Origin: Candidatus Hermodarchaeota archaeon
GTDB taxonomy: Archaea > Asgardarchaeota > Hermodarchaeia > Hermodarchaeales > Hermodarchaeaceae
Reading direction: 5' to 3'
NCBI GenBank assembly: GCA_016839365.1
Contig: JAEOUH010000058.1
Span: forward strand, 1-52,352
Length of the DNA stretch: 52,352 nt
Shown piece after piece: positions 9,167 to 18,601 of this stretch (position 1 is its first letter; each line of letters begins with the position of its first letter). The position numbers were made by a program, and so were the translations under genes. The notes below the pieces were generated by a model. The model saw only the letters and a list, made by a program, of their open reading frames with translations, was not told the origin of the DNA and made no database searches.

Positions 9167-10234
9167 ATGAAAAAGGAATCCGATACAATTAGTCAAAGAG
9201 TCGCAAATGAACTTTTTACACAACACAGACCTGATGACTGGGATAATCTCCAAGAACGGCAATTGAAACTCAAGCGCCAGCTTTGGCGTAATATGGTTGG
9301 TAACACGATTTTTCTTGAAGCACGAAATCTTGCACCTATTATTGGCTGCGAACGAGTCTATCTAAAGTTTGAAGGAAGTAACCCAACTGGAACTCAAAAA
9401 GACCGAATAGCAATGGTCCTAGCTGATCATGCCGCCTGTCAAGGCTTCAACGTAATCACAACCGCAACTTGTGGTAATTTTGGTGTTGCCCTAGCCTTTG
9501 CTGCAAAACACTACGATCTCACTGCTCATATCTTTATTCCCAAAAAATATGATGTTCCTAAAGATCGACAAAAAAGAATGGAAGCCTTTGGTGCCCGAGT
9601 CACACTCGTGGATGGGTATTATGAGGATGCGGTTGAGTATTCCATTCATTCTGCTGCTGAGAAAAGTTGGTTTAATGCTAATCCCGGATCAAATGGTATC
9701 CCCGAGTTATCAATTACCGCCTATAGCGAGATTGCTTACGAGATCTTTCGTGATCTTCGTCGAGTACCCAACTATATTTTCTGCCCAGTTGGGAATGGAA
9801 CGACATTCGCGGGAATCTATGCAGGGTTCAAAAGATTACTTCTAATGGGCAAAACAATGAATGTTCCCAAAATGGTAGCTACAAGTACACGCCGAGGTAA
9901 TCCCATCATTAAATCATTCAAAGAAAATAAAAAAACCATTGCTGATCTAAAGCCCGAAGAAATCAAAGAAAGCAAAATCAATGAACCTTTGACAAACTGG
10001 CGTGCCTACGATGGTCAACTAGCCCTAGACGCGATAAACGAATCATTAGGGTTTGGGGAATATGCCTCAGATTCTAGAATGATTGAGTTCTCAAAGCTTG
10101 TGCGATCTGAGGAAGGTCTAAGCGTGCTTCCGGCTTCTGCAAGTACACTTGCGGTCATGGAAACACTTGGACGTGAAGGATTTATCGTAAAAGGAACCTA
10201 TGTCGCGATCCTTACAGGACGAGACTTTTCCTAA
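9167..10234 (+). CDS. PLP-dependent fold-type II enzyme (threonine synthase-like)
   Basis: LKFEGSNPTGTQKDR (PLP-Lys), TATCGNFG, PVGNGT phosphate loop, ILTGR. Confidence 0.85.
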   Translation: MKKESDTISQRVANELFTQHRPDDWDNLQERQLKLKRQLWRNMVGNTIFLEARNLAPIIGCERVYLKFEGSNPTGTQKDRIAMVLADHAACQGFNVITTATCGNFGVALAFAAKHYDLTAHIFIPKKYDVPKDRQKRMEAFGARVTLVDGYYEDAVEYSIHSAAEKSWFNANPGSNGIPELSITAYSEIAYEIFRDLRRVPNYIFCPVGNGTTFAGIYAGFKRLLLMGKTMNVPKMVATSTRRGNPIIKSFKENKKTIADLKPEEIKESKINEPLTNWRAYDGQLALDAINESLGFGEYASDSRMIEFSKLVRSEEGLSVLPASASTLAVMETLGREGFIVKGTYVAILTGRDFS

Positions 10235-10279
10235 TGCCAACTATCTTCACCCAATCTATAAACCTAACAGATTCAAAAT

Positions 10280-10891
10280 TCATTCATGATCCCGAGAGTT
10301 CTCATTTACAGCGCAAGTATTATCAAGGTCAAGTCGCATAGTGAGATCTCCCTGCTCTGTCCGAGTGATTGCTTTGAATCCATGTTCCTCATAGAAGTGC
10401 TGTAATGGTATTCCCTTCTCGTCTTTTTCTTCCGTATCTAACACAATCGCTTGGTAAATTCTATCACGTGCTCGATTGATAACAAATTGTAAAACTATAT
10501 CACCAATCCCTCGTCCACGCTGGCGAACGGCTATCGTATCTAGATAGAAAGTTGGAGGCTCATAATCTGGCAATCGATAGCCTAGAACTAAAATTTCAGG
10601 GGTCTCCTGGATAAGAACGAAAAAGAAAAGCACTTCTGGATTGTTCAAGCGTTCAACGATTTCTTGACGAGTATAACGTAAATCAAACCGAAAATCTTCT
10701 TCTTCGAGGATTTGAAACCAGCGGAAACATCGTTCATCACACTCTTTTGGCAAAACAAGCTCAAGTTCCCCAGAATATTTCATGGATAATTCGTCTTTAA
10801 ACTGGAACCATCTTTCCTTTTCCTCGTTTTCAGGAATTTGCCACAAAATTTGAATTCCCACCTTAAATCTTTGAATAGTTATCGGCTTCAT
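10280..10891 (-). CDS. GNAT-family N-acetyltransferase
   Basis: YLDTIAVRQRGRGIG acetyl-CoA motif A and FYEEHGF motif B. Confidence 0.85.
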   Translation of the reverse strand: MKPITIQRFKVGIQILWQIPENEEKERWFQFKDELSMKYSGELELVLPKECDERCFRWFQILEEEDFRFDLRYTRQEIVERLNNPEVLFFFVLIQETPEILVLGYRLPDYEPPTFYLDTIAVRQRGRGIGDIVLQFVINRARDRIYQAIVLDTEEKDEKGIPLQHFYEEHGFKAITRTEQGDLTMRLDLDNTCAVNENSRDHE

Positions 10892-10908
10892 TCAGCGTTC
10901 CACGCTTA

Positions 10909-11934
10909 TCACAGCTGAAGATTGTACCTGGCACATGCGGACTCAAGTAATCGTCGAATCAGATCATCATATGTGTAGCCTGCTTTCATAGCCATGTAAG
11001 GATAGAATGAAAGGTCATTTTCAACCGTATCAAAGTCCATTCCTGGTAATGGATTCACTTCAAGAAAGAAGATTTCGCCCCGTTGATTCATTCGAAAATC
11101 AATTCGCACGAAATCACGAATTTCCAAAGCATACCAAATTTTTGTTGAAATCTCTTCTAATCTGTTTCTCAGGGTTTTAGGAATTTTCGCAGGACAGATG
11201 TAGTGATCAAGGGAGTCAAGGATGGTCTTAGCTCGTTGTCCAAAGACTCCATGGACCTCCGGAAAAAGAGAGAAATCAATTTCAAGCACTGCTAGCATTT
11301 CTGGGCTTTTACCAGGACGTCCTAACAAGCCTGTACTGAATTCTCTTCCCTCAATGAATTGTTCAATCAGGATTGGCTGTGAATATTCATTAAGCATAGA
11401 TCCAAGCTTGGCTTTGAGTTGGCTGTGATTTGAAACAACATTGTCTTCATTGATTCCCATCGAAGAGCCCTCCTCGATGGGCTTCAAAATATATGGGTAT
11501 CCTTCTTTGACCTCTCCAACTTGTTTAAGGGTGGAATAGACAAAAAATTGAGGGGTCTGGATTCCATGATACATCAAGATTTTTTTGGTCCACGCCTTGT
11601 TTAGCCCAACTGCTGTCGTTATTACATTTGAACCCACATATGGAATATTGAGCATTTCAAGAATGCTTGGAACATGTGATTCACGACTATCACCTCGCAA
11701 TCCTTCGGCCCGATTAAAGGCTAAATCGGGTTTAATCCGCTTCAGCGTCTCGACAAAATTCTCATCGGCTTCGATGAATACGTAGTCATGACCAGTTGCT
11801 TCAATGCCATGTTTAATGAGTTCAACTGTATGAGGTGGATCGTATTCAACCTGAAACTCAGTCTCCTCGCTTCGCGTGTTTAAGATTAGTGCAATTCGCA
11901 TATTCTTTCCCTTCATTGGGTTTTCTGACAGCAT
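10909..11934 (-). CDS. D-Ala-D-Ala-ligase-like ATP-grasp amino-acid ligase
   Basis: FNRAEG, IPYVGS, NKAWTK, ILKPIEEGSSMGI, IEQFIEGREF, RIDFR, LEVNPLPG. ATG 11934 lies 1 nt after the upstream stop (alternative start 11901). Confidence 0.85.
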   Translation of the reverse strand: MLSENPMKGKNMRIALILNTRSEETEFQVEYDPPHTVELIKHGIEATGHDYVFIEADENFVETLKRIKPDLAFNRAEGLRGDSRESHVPSILEMLNIPYVGSNVITTAVGLNKAWTKKILMYHGIQTPQFFVYSTLKQVGEVKEGYPYILKPIEEGSSMGINEDNVVSNHSQLKAKLGSMLNEYSQPILIEQFIEGREFSTGLLGRPGKSPEMLAVLEIDFSLFPEVHGVFGQRAKTILDSLDHYICPAKIPKTLRNRLEEISTKIWYALEIRDFVRIDFRMNQRGEIFFLEVNPLPGMDFDTVENDLSFYPYMAMKAGYTYDDLIRRLLESACARYNLQL

Positions 11935-11935
11935 A

Positions 11936-13297
11936 TTAGATTTCAAAGGATGCAATTTCTTCCTTAAAAATTGACAAGACCTGGGGTTTCAATTCCTTTG
12001 GAACTGAAATTGATTCATAGATTGAGACAAAGGTTTTGATAAGCTCTTCTTCGCGTTCCTTTGCTTCTTCAAAAAGTTTTCCTGTTCTGAAATCGTCAAC
12101 TAGCCTTCCTTGAACTCCTTTTAGTGAGGCTAGATAGAACGCGAACAGTTGCTCATCACGTCCCACTTTCGTATGGGCATAGGTGAGTGTTATCGCCTTC
12201 CCTCCAAATAATGTGAAGAATTGTTTATACGGGCGTTCAAGCATATTTACGTGAAGCCCGATACTTTTTGGATCAATTCCGCTCGCTACGCACATTAGAT
12301 ACATTTTGGCACAAATCGAGCAGTTGTGACACCAACGGTAATCTCGCCCTGCCTCAGTTTCGGTAAAACAACTCATTTGGTACTTGGCGATTTTTGGATA
12401 ACGATGAGCAAGTGTTCGTTGAATCATCATATCCATTAACGGTTCAATCAAACTTCCTGTGTGAACAGAACCTCCTGAAAACATCTGAGAGATTTGATCA
12501 ATATGGATCGTCCAACGATGGGATTGATCGTAACAAGGATGAATTACCCATCTTCCCTGGGCATCCATATACGAGGCCGCTGTTGTTTGCTCATTACCGA
12601 AAAGAAGATACTTTCCTTGGTCAGCGTAAGCGAAGGGAATGAATTCAAGAGCGTATTCTGTTGTTTGTAATCCCCACCCTAATTCCGTTATGGGAAGTCC
12701 CAGATATGGATAATCACGGAGTTTCCCAGTTTCATGTTGTAGGATTCGCATTTCTTTTCCGAATTCTTTTTTGAATTTCTGGGCTAGCCTCGTTTTATGT
12801 TTCTCTTCATATGTCATACTGGCTTCGACAACATAGACCATTTCTGGTTCAAGACCAATTTCTTCTGCCACAGCGTAAGTTAAGAGACTGTCTTTCCCGA
12901 AACTAACCCCGACAATCGCTCGAAAGGGTGAATTCACCGGTTCAGGATCAGGTCTAATAATGACCGAATCCTGGAATTGATAATCGATATTATAGAATCT
13001 CCGCACGACGTCATCGGTTGATGTTCCGTCAACGACTGTACATGAGGGGATGTCCTTCAGGAAGTTTTGGACGAAGTAGGGTTCAAGGAGTGGTCGGCCT
13101 GAATGATATGTGATGGTATTTTCCTGAAAAACAAGAGGCAAATGCATCGTGGTTGCGAGGGCTAAGTTATCCTTGAGGGCCATCCGGGTTTGAGTTGGCG
13201 TGGCTCCCCAAACTGACTTCGGATAGATTATAGGATAGCTACTATCGCGAAATCGTACTACTATCCCGTTGTCAGTGCGTTCTGAAATGATTTCCAT
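11936..13297 (-). CDS. PP-loop ATPase resembling the MurL glycopeptidyl-glutamate epimerase / QueC superfamily
   Basis: SFGKDSL PP-loop, FGNEQT, YDQS, SLIEPL, then the Cys cluster SCF...WCHNCSICAK. About 450 aa. Confidence 0.6.
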   Translation of the reverse strand: MEIISERTDNGIVVRFRDSSYPIIYPKSVWGATPTQTRMALKDNLALATTMHLPLVFQENTITYHSGRPLLEPYFVQNFLKDIPSCTVVDGTSTDDVVRRFYNIDYQFQDSVIIRPDPEPVNSPFRAIVGVSFGKDSLLTYAVAEEIGLEPEMVYVVEASMTYEEKHKTRLAQKFKKEFGKEMRILQHETGKLRDYPYLGLPITELGWGLQTTEYALEFIPFAYADQGKYLLFGNEQTTAASYMDAQGRWVIHPCYDQSHRWTIHIDQISQMFSGGSVHTGSLIEPLMDMMIQRTLAHRYPKIAKYQMSCFTETEAGRDYRWCHNCSICAKMYLMCVASGIDPKSIGLHVNMLERPYKQFFTLFGGKAITLTYAHTKVGRDEQLFAFYLASLKGVQGRLVDDFRTGKLFEEAKEREEELIKTFVSIYESISVPKELKPQVLSIFKEEIASFEI

Positions 13298-13338
13298 GAA
13301 TACAACCAAACTTAACAAAGGGCACTTATTGATAACTG

Positions 13339-15045
13339 TTACACAGCTGCCTTTAATCGTACTGGCGCAGAACGATGGAGATATCGTTTAGATACAGGAT
13401 AGTTTTCAAAGGCAATTGTGTAGGAGCTTTCGAAATATTCACGAATCTCTTTCTCAACGACCTTTGCTAATTCTGGCTCTGGTGGTGCATCAACCCAATG
13501 AGTGCTCCCTTTCGGCGTTGCGATCATTTTACCCTCTTTTTGAACCATGATTCCATCCTTGATAGTCATCCAAGCTTGGCTAAGCCCGTTCACCAGCTTA
13601 TCAGGATTTTTCCCATAGTCTTCCTTGGGGTCGATGTTATAGATGGCAATATCCGCATCTGCACCTGTGCCAAGATGACCTTTCATCGGTAAGCCCAATA
13701 TTTTAGCGGGACCCGCCCGGGTTCCTATGATATAGTCCTGTAGTGACCATTCTGTTTCAAGTGCAGGAAGCACCATACGTTTCTGAGAAGATTTTCTAAT
13801 ATCTTTGAACACCATATCACGTGCCTTTCGACTCATCAGCCATGCGGCAATCCATGGATAATTGATGAAGGTTCCCGCATTGGGGTGGTCTGTGCTGGGG
13901 ATGACACGCCATGGATCGTTTACAAGGAGGGCAATTTCGAGGCCGATTCCCCATTGGATTGCATTCACTCGGGAGCTTTTCTTGAACACATAGGGAACTA
14001 CTCCGCCCCCGCACTCAATTTCAATGTCATCGTTAACCCAACGGCTTCCACTAATCCCTCTCAAAATCCACTCCCAGGGGCCATCAGCTGTCATAGTAGT
14101 GGTGTCCGAAAAGACAATTTGTCCGAGATCACAGCTGACATTCTGATGATTCTTTAGATAATTCGCAATGGGTTCACTACCTGACTGAAAAGTGACAAAA
14201 CTGTCTCCTCCATAGGAGTGAAATTGAATATGGGTCATATGGAGATTGTAGCCAGATTTCCGTTGAATCGATCGATTTTCTGCAATTTTCATCGTTTCAA
14301 TTGTGATATCTGTGTTACCAGGTCGTCCTAGCATATTGGCGTGCAAGTGAAGCGAATGGGGGAGACCTAAGCGTTCTGCGGCTTCAATTAAAGTTATAAT
14401 GGTATCGCGGGCTGTCACATCAAAACATGAAATCTGCTCATCCAAGCTCTCAACATTACCACCCCACGACCAATCGCACACGCCTGTAGGATTCACTGCC
14501 TTCACAGCATAGCCTTTAGTTGCTTGGAGCATCCAGGCTACAAAAGCTGCGGCTTTGTCATATTCTTTTTCACGCGCATAATCCATGATTTGAACATGAT
14601 TCCCGAAGAGTGGAAACATGATTTTATCATGGGGTTGAATTTCTCCCAGCTCCTCATGGGTATGACGTGCAACAATCCCTGCAGTTGCAGCTTCTGTTAC
14701 AAAGGTGTAGCCCATCTGAGAAAATTTGTAGCCCGTCATGAAAGTTGGGGGAACGCTTGCCCAAACTCCAGCCCGGCAAATATCCGAATATGTATAGGGG
14801 TCCATTCGGGATTGATCACATCGGAGAACACGACCCGAATCAACCTTCGGTGTTGCGAGGTGAGCATGAATATCTACACCACCTGCCACTACCATTCGAT
14901 TTTCAGCATCAATGATTTCAGCGGATTCTGGACTAACTGAATCAACTATTTTTCCATCTTGAATGGCTAAATCCATAATTTCGTAAATTTCGTTTTTAGG
15001 ATCAACAACATAGCCATTTTTTATGACAATATTACGCGGTTTCAA
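13339..15045 (-). CDS. fwdA: Formylmethanofuran dehydrogenase subunit A
   Basis: GGVDIHAH, MGYTFVTEAA, LGLPHSLHLHANMLGRPGN, THIQFHSYGG, TMTADGPWE, STDHPNAG and GHLGTGADADIAIY. Confidence 0.95.
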   Translation of the reverse strand: MKPRNIVIKNGYVVDPKNEIYEIMDLAIQDGKIVDSVSPESAEIIDAENRMVVAGGVDIHAHLATPKVDSGRVLRCDQSRMDPYTYSDICRAGVWASVPPTFMTGYKFSQMGYTFVTEAATAGIVARHTHEELGEIQPHDKIMFPLFGNHVQIMDYAREKEYDKAAAFVAWMLQATKGYAVKAVNPTGVCDWSWGGNVESLDEQISCFDVTARDTIITLIEAAERLGLPHSLHLHANMLGRPGNTDITIETMKIAENRSIQRKSGYNLHMTHIQFHSYGGDSFVTFQSGSEPIANYLKNHQNVSCDLGQIVFSDTTTMTADGPWEWILRGISGSRWVNDDIEIECGGGVVPYVFKKSSRVNAIQWGIGLEIALLVNDPWRVIPSTDHPNAGTFINYPWIAAWLMSRKARDMVFKDIRKSSQKRMVLPALETEWSLQDYIIGTRAGPAKILGLPMKGHLGTGADADIAIYNIDPKEDYGKNPDKLVNGLSQAWMTIKDGIMVQKEGKMIATPKGSTHWVDAPPEPELAKVVEKEIREYFESSYTIAFENYPVSKRYLHRSAPVRLKAAV

Positions 15046-15238
15046 GCTTATCCACCAATGGTCGAGGAGATGTATTCTAGGTTTCGGCGGTTACAACGGA
15101 ATACAGTGGCACAGCTAATTAAGCGTTCTGCCATTCCGAATTTCCCGGAACTAGCATAATATGGGGTAAAAATCGGAAGCCTTATACGGACATAACCTGA
15201 GGGGGGTAGTCGCTCGTATTTGAGTAGGAGAACCCAAT

Positions 15239-16249
15239 ATGCGTCAATTTCAAATAACGCTCCCAGAAGAAAAAGTTGGGCAAGTGATGGAGTTTCTCGA
15301 AGAGAAAGAGGCAGTGCGCAATATCGCCAAGATTCACACAGCCCCAGGGTTCATGCTCATCTTCCGTGTTTCAGACGCAATGAGTTCAAAAATTCTCACC
15401 GATCTTGAAGCCATCGGGGTCGGGGTCCACTATGGTATAATCGACGTGTTGCCCGTTGAAGCCAGCAAACCCATGGCTGAGGACAAGGTCAGCATCAAAC
15501 CAACCGAACGCCTTTCCGTCGAAGAAATCTATAGCAAAATCGCTTCTGGTACACGCCTTTCTTTTGACTTTCTAGCCCTCCTCGTCGTCTCATGTATCAT
15601 CGCCGCCATCGGACTAGCTACCAATAGCCCTGTATTCATCGTCGCAGGCATGCTTCTTGCTCCTCTAATGGGGCCGATCCTCGGGCTCAGTTTTGGGGTA
15701 CTGATTAGAGACCGACGCCTCGTCACCACAGGTATTAAGAACGAAGCCCTAGGGCTTGCTATCGCTGTTATTATGGGTCTTATTATGGGTGCCGTCCTCA
15801 TTCCGTTGACTCTAATTCCAGGCTGGCCCTGGCCCTGGCCTACCGCAGAAATGGTTGCTCGAGCATCTCTGTGGCTGCTTGCACTCGGAATTGTTGTCGC
15901 AGCCGCCTCAGGTGCCGGCGTGGCACTCGCCGCCACAAGGGGTGATATCGGAAGTCTTGTTGGTGTCGCAATTGCTGCATCGTTAATGCCTCCAGCAGTT
16001 AATGCTGGAATGAATGTCATCTATGCAATCTTGTCTTTCATCCAAGGGAACATTGCCCTGTTCTACTTCGGATTAAGCGTCGCAGGACTCAGTTTCGTGT
16101 TAGTTCTCTTGAACATCCTCCTCATCAACATCGTTGCCATGGGCGTCTTCAAACTCAAACAAGTCGCTCCAATCAAGAGTAAATCCATCTTTTGGCACGA
16201 TCTTCCACAGCTGGATAAACGACGGCGCGACGAGCTTTGGCACCGATAA
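15239..16249 (+). CDS. DUF389 / TIGR00341-family membrane protein
   Basis: IAAIGLATNS..IVAGMLLAPLMGP and LVGVAIAASLMPPAVNAG motifs; 7 TM segments plus an N-terminal soluble domain. Confidence 0.88.
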   Translation: MRQFQITLPEEKVGQVMEFLEEKEAVRNIAKIHTAPGFMLIFRVSDAMSSKILTDLEAIGVGVHYGIIDVLPVEASKPMAEDKVSIKPTERLSVEEIYSKIASGTRLSFDFLALLVVSCIIAAIGLATNSPVFIVAGMLLAPLMGPILGLSFGVLIRDRRLVTTGIKNEALGLAIAVIMGLIMGAVLIPLTLIPGWPWPWPTAEMVARASLWLLALGIVVAAASGAGVALAATRGDIGSLVGVAIAASLMPPAVNAGMNVIYAILSFIQGNIALFYFGLSVAGLSFVLVLLNILLINIVAMGVFKLKQVAPIKSKSIFWHDLPQLDKRRRDELWHR

Positions 16250-16350
16250 CGAAAAGAGTGTTCTTCTTCACCGCCAAATCGATGCCTTCTTTCCTTTCAT
16301 TTATCCTGGCTTTCAAGCGTAATGCTTAATAGCTTCTGAATATGCCTATC

Positions 16351-16380
16351 TTATAATATGCACCGTCGTGCATATCATAA
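16351..16380. promoter_or_regulatory. Palindromic operator candidate for the ECF operon
   Basis: TTATaATATGCAC-cgtc-GTGCATATcATAA, 12 of 13 positions complementary, 31 nt before ATG 16412 and overlapping a TATA-like TTATAA. Confidence 0.6.
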
Positions 16381-16411
16381 TTAGCCCTGTAAACCACTGG
16401 GGTTTCAAACC

Positions 16412-17527
16412 ATGTCAAATACGGAACAAGGTTTCAGATACGGTCTAATTATCGTCATTATTGCAGTCATAGTCGCAGCAGGCGCGATTCTCGGAATCGG
16501 CATCCTGACGACTCCGCCGGCTGAGCCCCCACCAACTGGCGAAGTCGATGTTCAGGTAATCAATGGCAGCAACACATTCAATCTCAATTACTCTACTCTT
16601 CTCACTCTAACCTCAATTGAAGGGATTTCATCCTATCAAAATCGATTCGGTAACTGGCGAGGAACAGGAACCTATATTGGTGCACCTCTGTCTTCGATTG
16701 TTGATCTTGTTGGAGGAATGGACAGTAACGACCTCATCAGGGTCAATGCAACCGATGGTTACTTCCAATATTATACCTACGACAATCTCTATCCCAATTC
16801 CTCGTTTAGAACCATACAAGGTAATTTGGTACTTGCATATTCATATAATGATACAATTCCCACTTCGTGGGCAGACGGTCCCCAATCGGCTTTCATTCCC
16901 GTAGATGGAGCCTTTAGCAACGACGATGCCAACCAGACAACCCATCCTGCGTTCTTCTTTGGCAGCGCTGGTGCCCGATGGGTGAGGAATGTCGATTCAA
17001 TTGAAGTTATCCCCGATGTCTATATTCCAAGCACTTATCATGTAACTGTGATCGATGGGGATACTGAACGGGACGTTTATCCGGTTGATTTTGCCCTAAT
17101 ACCTAATTTTGAAAGTCTCACCGGCTTCCAAAACATGATGGGGAATTGGCCAATGAACGGCACCTACAAAGGCGTTTTACTCTCTGCAATCATAGAACTG
17201 ATCACTACAATTGATACTGATGATATCGTCAACGTCACAGCATCAGATGGAATCTACGAACAATCCTTTGCCTACTATAATCTCTACCCGAATTCATCAA
17301 TCTACGCCTTACAAGGTGACCTCATTCTCGCTTACATCTTTAATAGCACAGTAATGCCAACTTGGGTTTACGGTCCAATGATAGCCTTCTTACCTACTGA
17401 TGGAGGTTACAGCAACATAGATGCTGGTGCGACGACAGAACCTGTCTGGTTCTCTGGCAGTGCCGGTGCTCGTTGGGTACGAAATGTGCTGACAATAGAA
17501 ATCATCCGCGATGGTTTTCCTCCCTAA
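16412..17527 (+). CDS. Membrane-anchored extracellular protein with two tandem molybdopterin-oxidoreductase (SUOX)-like domains; putative ECF substrate-capture protein
   Basis: N-terminal TM helix plus Pro linker. Internal duplication (GTYxGxxL...A.DG...NLYPNSS...QG.L.LAY...GP...SAGARWVRNV..IEI). Many N-x-S/T sequons. Confidence 0.7.
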   Translation: MSNTEQGFRYGLIIVIIAVIVAAGAILGIGILTTPPAEPPPTGEVDVQVINGSNTFNLNYSTLLTLTSIEGISSYQNRFGNWRGTGTYIGAPLSSIVDLVGGMDSNDLIRVNATDGYFQYYTYDNLYPNSSFRTIQGNLVLAYSYNDTIPTSWADGPQSAFIPVDGAFSNDDANQTTHPAFFFGSAGARWVRNVDSIEVIPDVYIPSTYHVTVIDGDTERDVYPVDFALIPNFESLTGFQNMMGNWPMNGTYKGVLLSAIIELITTIDTDDIVNVTASDGIYEQSFAYYNLYPNSSIYALQGDLILAYIFNSTVMPTWVYGPMIAFLPTDGGYSNIDAGATTEPVWFSGSAGARWVRNVLTIEIIRDGFPP

Positions 17528-17548
17528 TTTCTAAAATAAGGTGAAAAG

Positions 17549-18601
17549 ATGAATAGCTCCGTTCCATCCTATTACTTCACAACTCGTGATTTAGTCACAA
17601 TCGCCGTTCTTAGTGCACTAGGCGGCGCTTTAAGCACCTTTGTTGGGTATATTGGGCAGCTCTTTAACGCCGCAGTGGGCACCCCGTTTGGCGCTGGACA
17701 GTTTCTCAGTGGCTTACATGTCTTCTGGATTATTTTAGCTGCTGGTCTTATCCGGAAAACCGGCGCCGCGACCGCAACTGGTCTTCTCAAGGGATTTGTC
17801 GAATTCTTCACAGGAAGTACCCATGGAATCATCGTTGTGTTAGTCAGCCTATTCCAGGGCCTCATCATTGACATCGGTTTCTATGCAATAAAACAACAGG
17901 ATTCTCTTCCACTTTGGACAATTATAGGCGGTTTCGCCGCCGCCTCCAATGTCATTGTTTTTCAACTTTTCTTCTTCTCTGGTGCCCCGCTGATATTCCT
18001 AGCACTTCTCGTCATTCTAGCATTTACATCTGGGATCATCTTTGCTGGTTATTTCGGACATGCTACAACCCTTCTTGTCTTAGAATCCAGAATTTATCAC
18101 TCAGCTGCTACAATGAATACTATTACGCCAAAATCTCCTTGGCAGCGTCTTGGACCATATCGTCTTTCTGCGCTAATATTCTTGATTGTGATTGCCTTTG
18201 GAGCAAGTCTTTATGCTGTCTTTGTATGGCGCCCTGTCCTTGATCCCCTCAGCTGCGAAGTCGTGGGCCAAGTATCCCATCCATTCCGATTTTCATACCT
18301 TAGCTATTCGGGTCAAGAAGTAACAATCGAAGCAGAACTCATCGGATCGGTAACCTATCTTCCTCCCCAAAATTACACTGGGATTCCTCTGACTGTCATC
18401 CTTGCTGACGCTCAGCCAGTCACATCAGCGACTACACTTCAAGTCATATCAGCTGACGGATATAGGGCCGCCTTTAATCTCACCACGGTGCTAAGCGATT
18501 GCGAAATCATCTTAGTAATCGATGATGGCCTTCGTCTAGTAGCAAAGAATTACCCGGGATGGTTCTGGGTTCAGAAGGTAGTCAGCCTTGTCATCATCTA
18601 A
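17549..18601 (+). CDS. ECF transporter S-component fused to a C-terminal SUOX-like domain
   Basis: YFTTRDLVTIAVLSALGG, six TM helices with RKTGAA, an extra TM, then VVGQV...YTGIPL...SADGY...LRLVA...WVQKVVSL. Confidence 0.78.
   Translation: MNSSVPSYYFTTRDLVTIAVLSALGGALSTFVGYIGQLFNAAVGTPFGAGQFLSGLHVFWIILAAGLIRKTGAATATGLLKGFVEFFTGSTHGIIVVLVSLFQGLIIDIGFYAIKQQDSLPLWTIIGGFAAASNVIVFQLFFFSGAPLIFLALLVILAFTSGIIFAGYFGHATTLLVLESRIYHSAATMNTITPKSPWQRLGPYRLSALIFLIVIAFGASLYAVFVWRPVLDPLSCEVVGQVSHPFRFSYLSYSGQEVTIEAELIGSVTYLPPQNYTGIPLTVILADAQPVTSATTLQVISADGYRAAFNLTTVLSDCEIILVIDDGLRLVAKNYPGWFWVQKVVSLVII

Noticed and set aside
10909-13297. Evidence for true peptidoglycan synthesis
   Set aside because: No MurA-G, MraY or PBP genes in the window. 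The ligase has FNRAEG instead of the canonical Ddl LHG..GEDG motif, so it is only Ddl-like.
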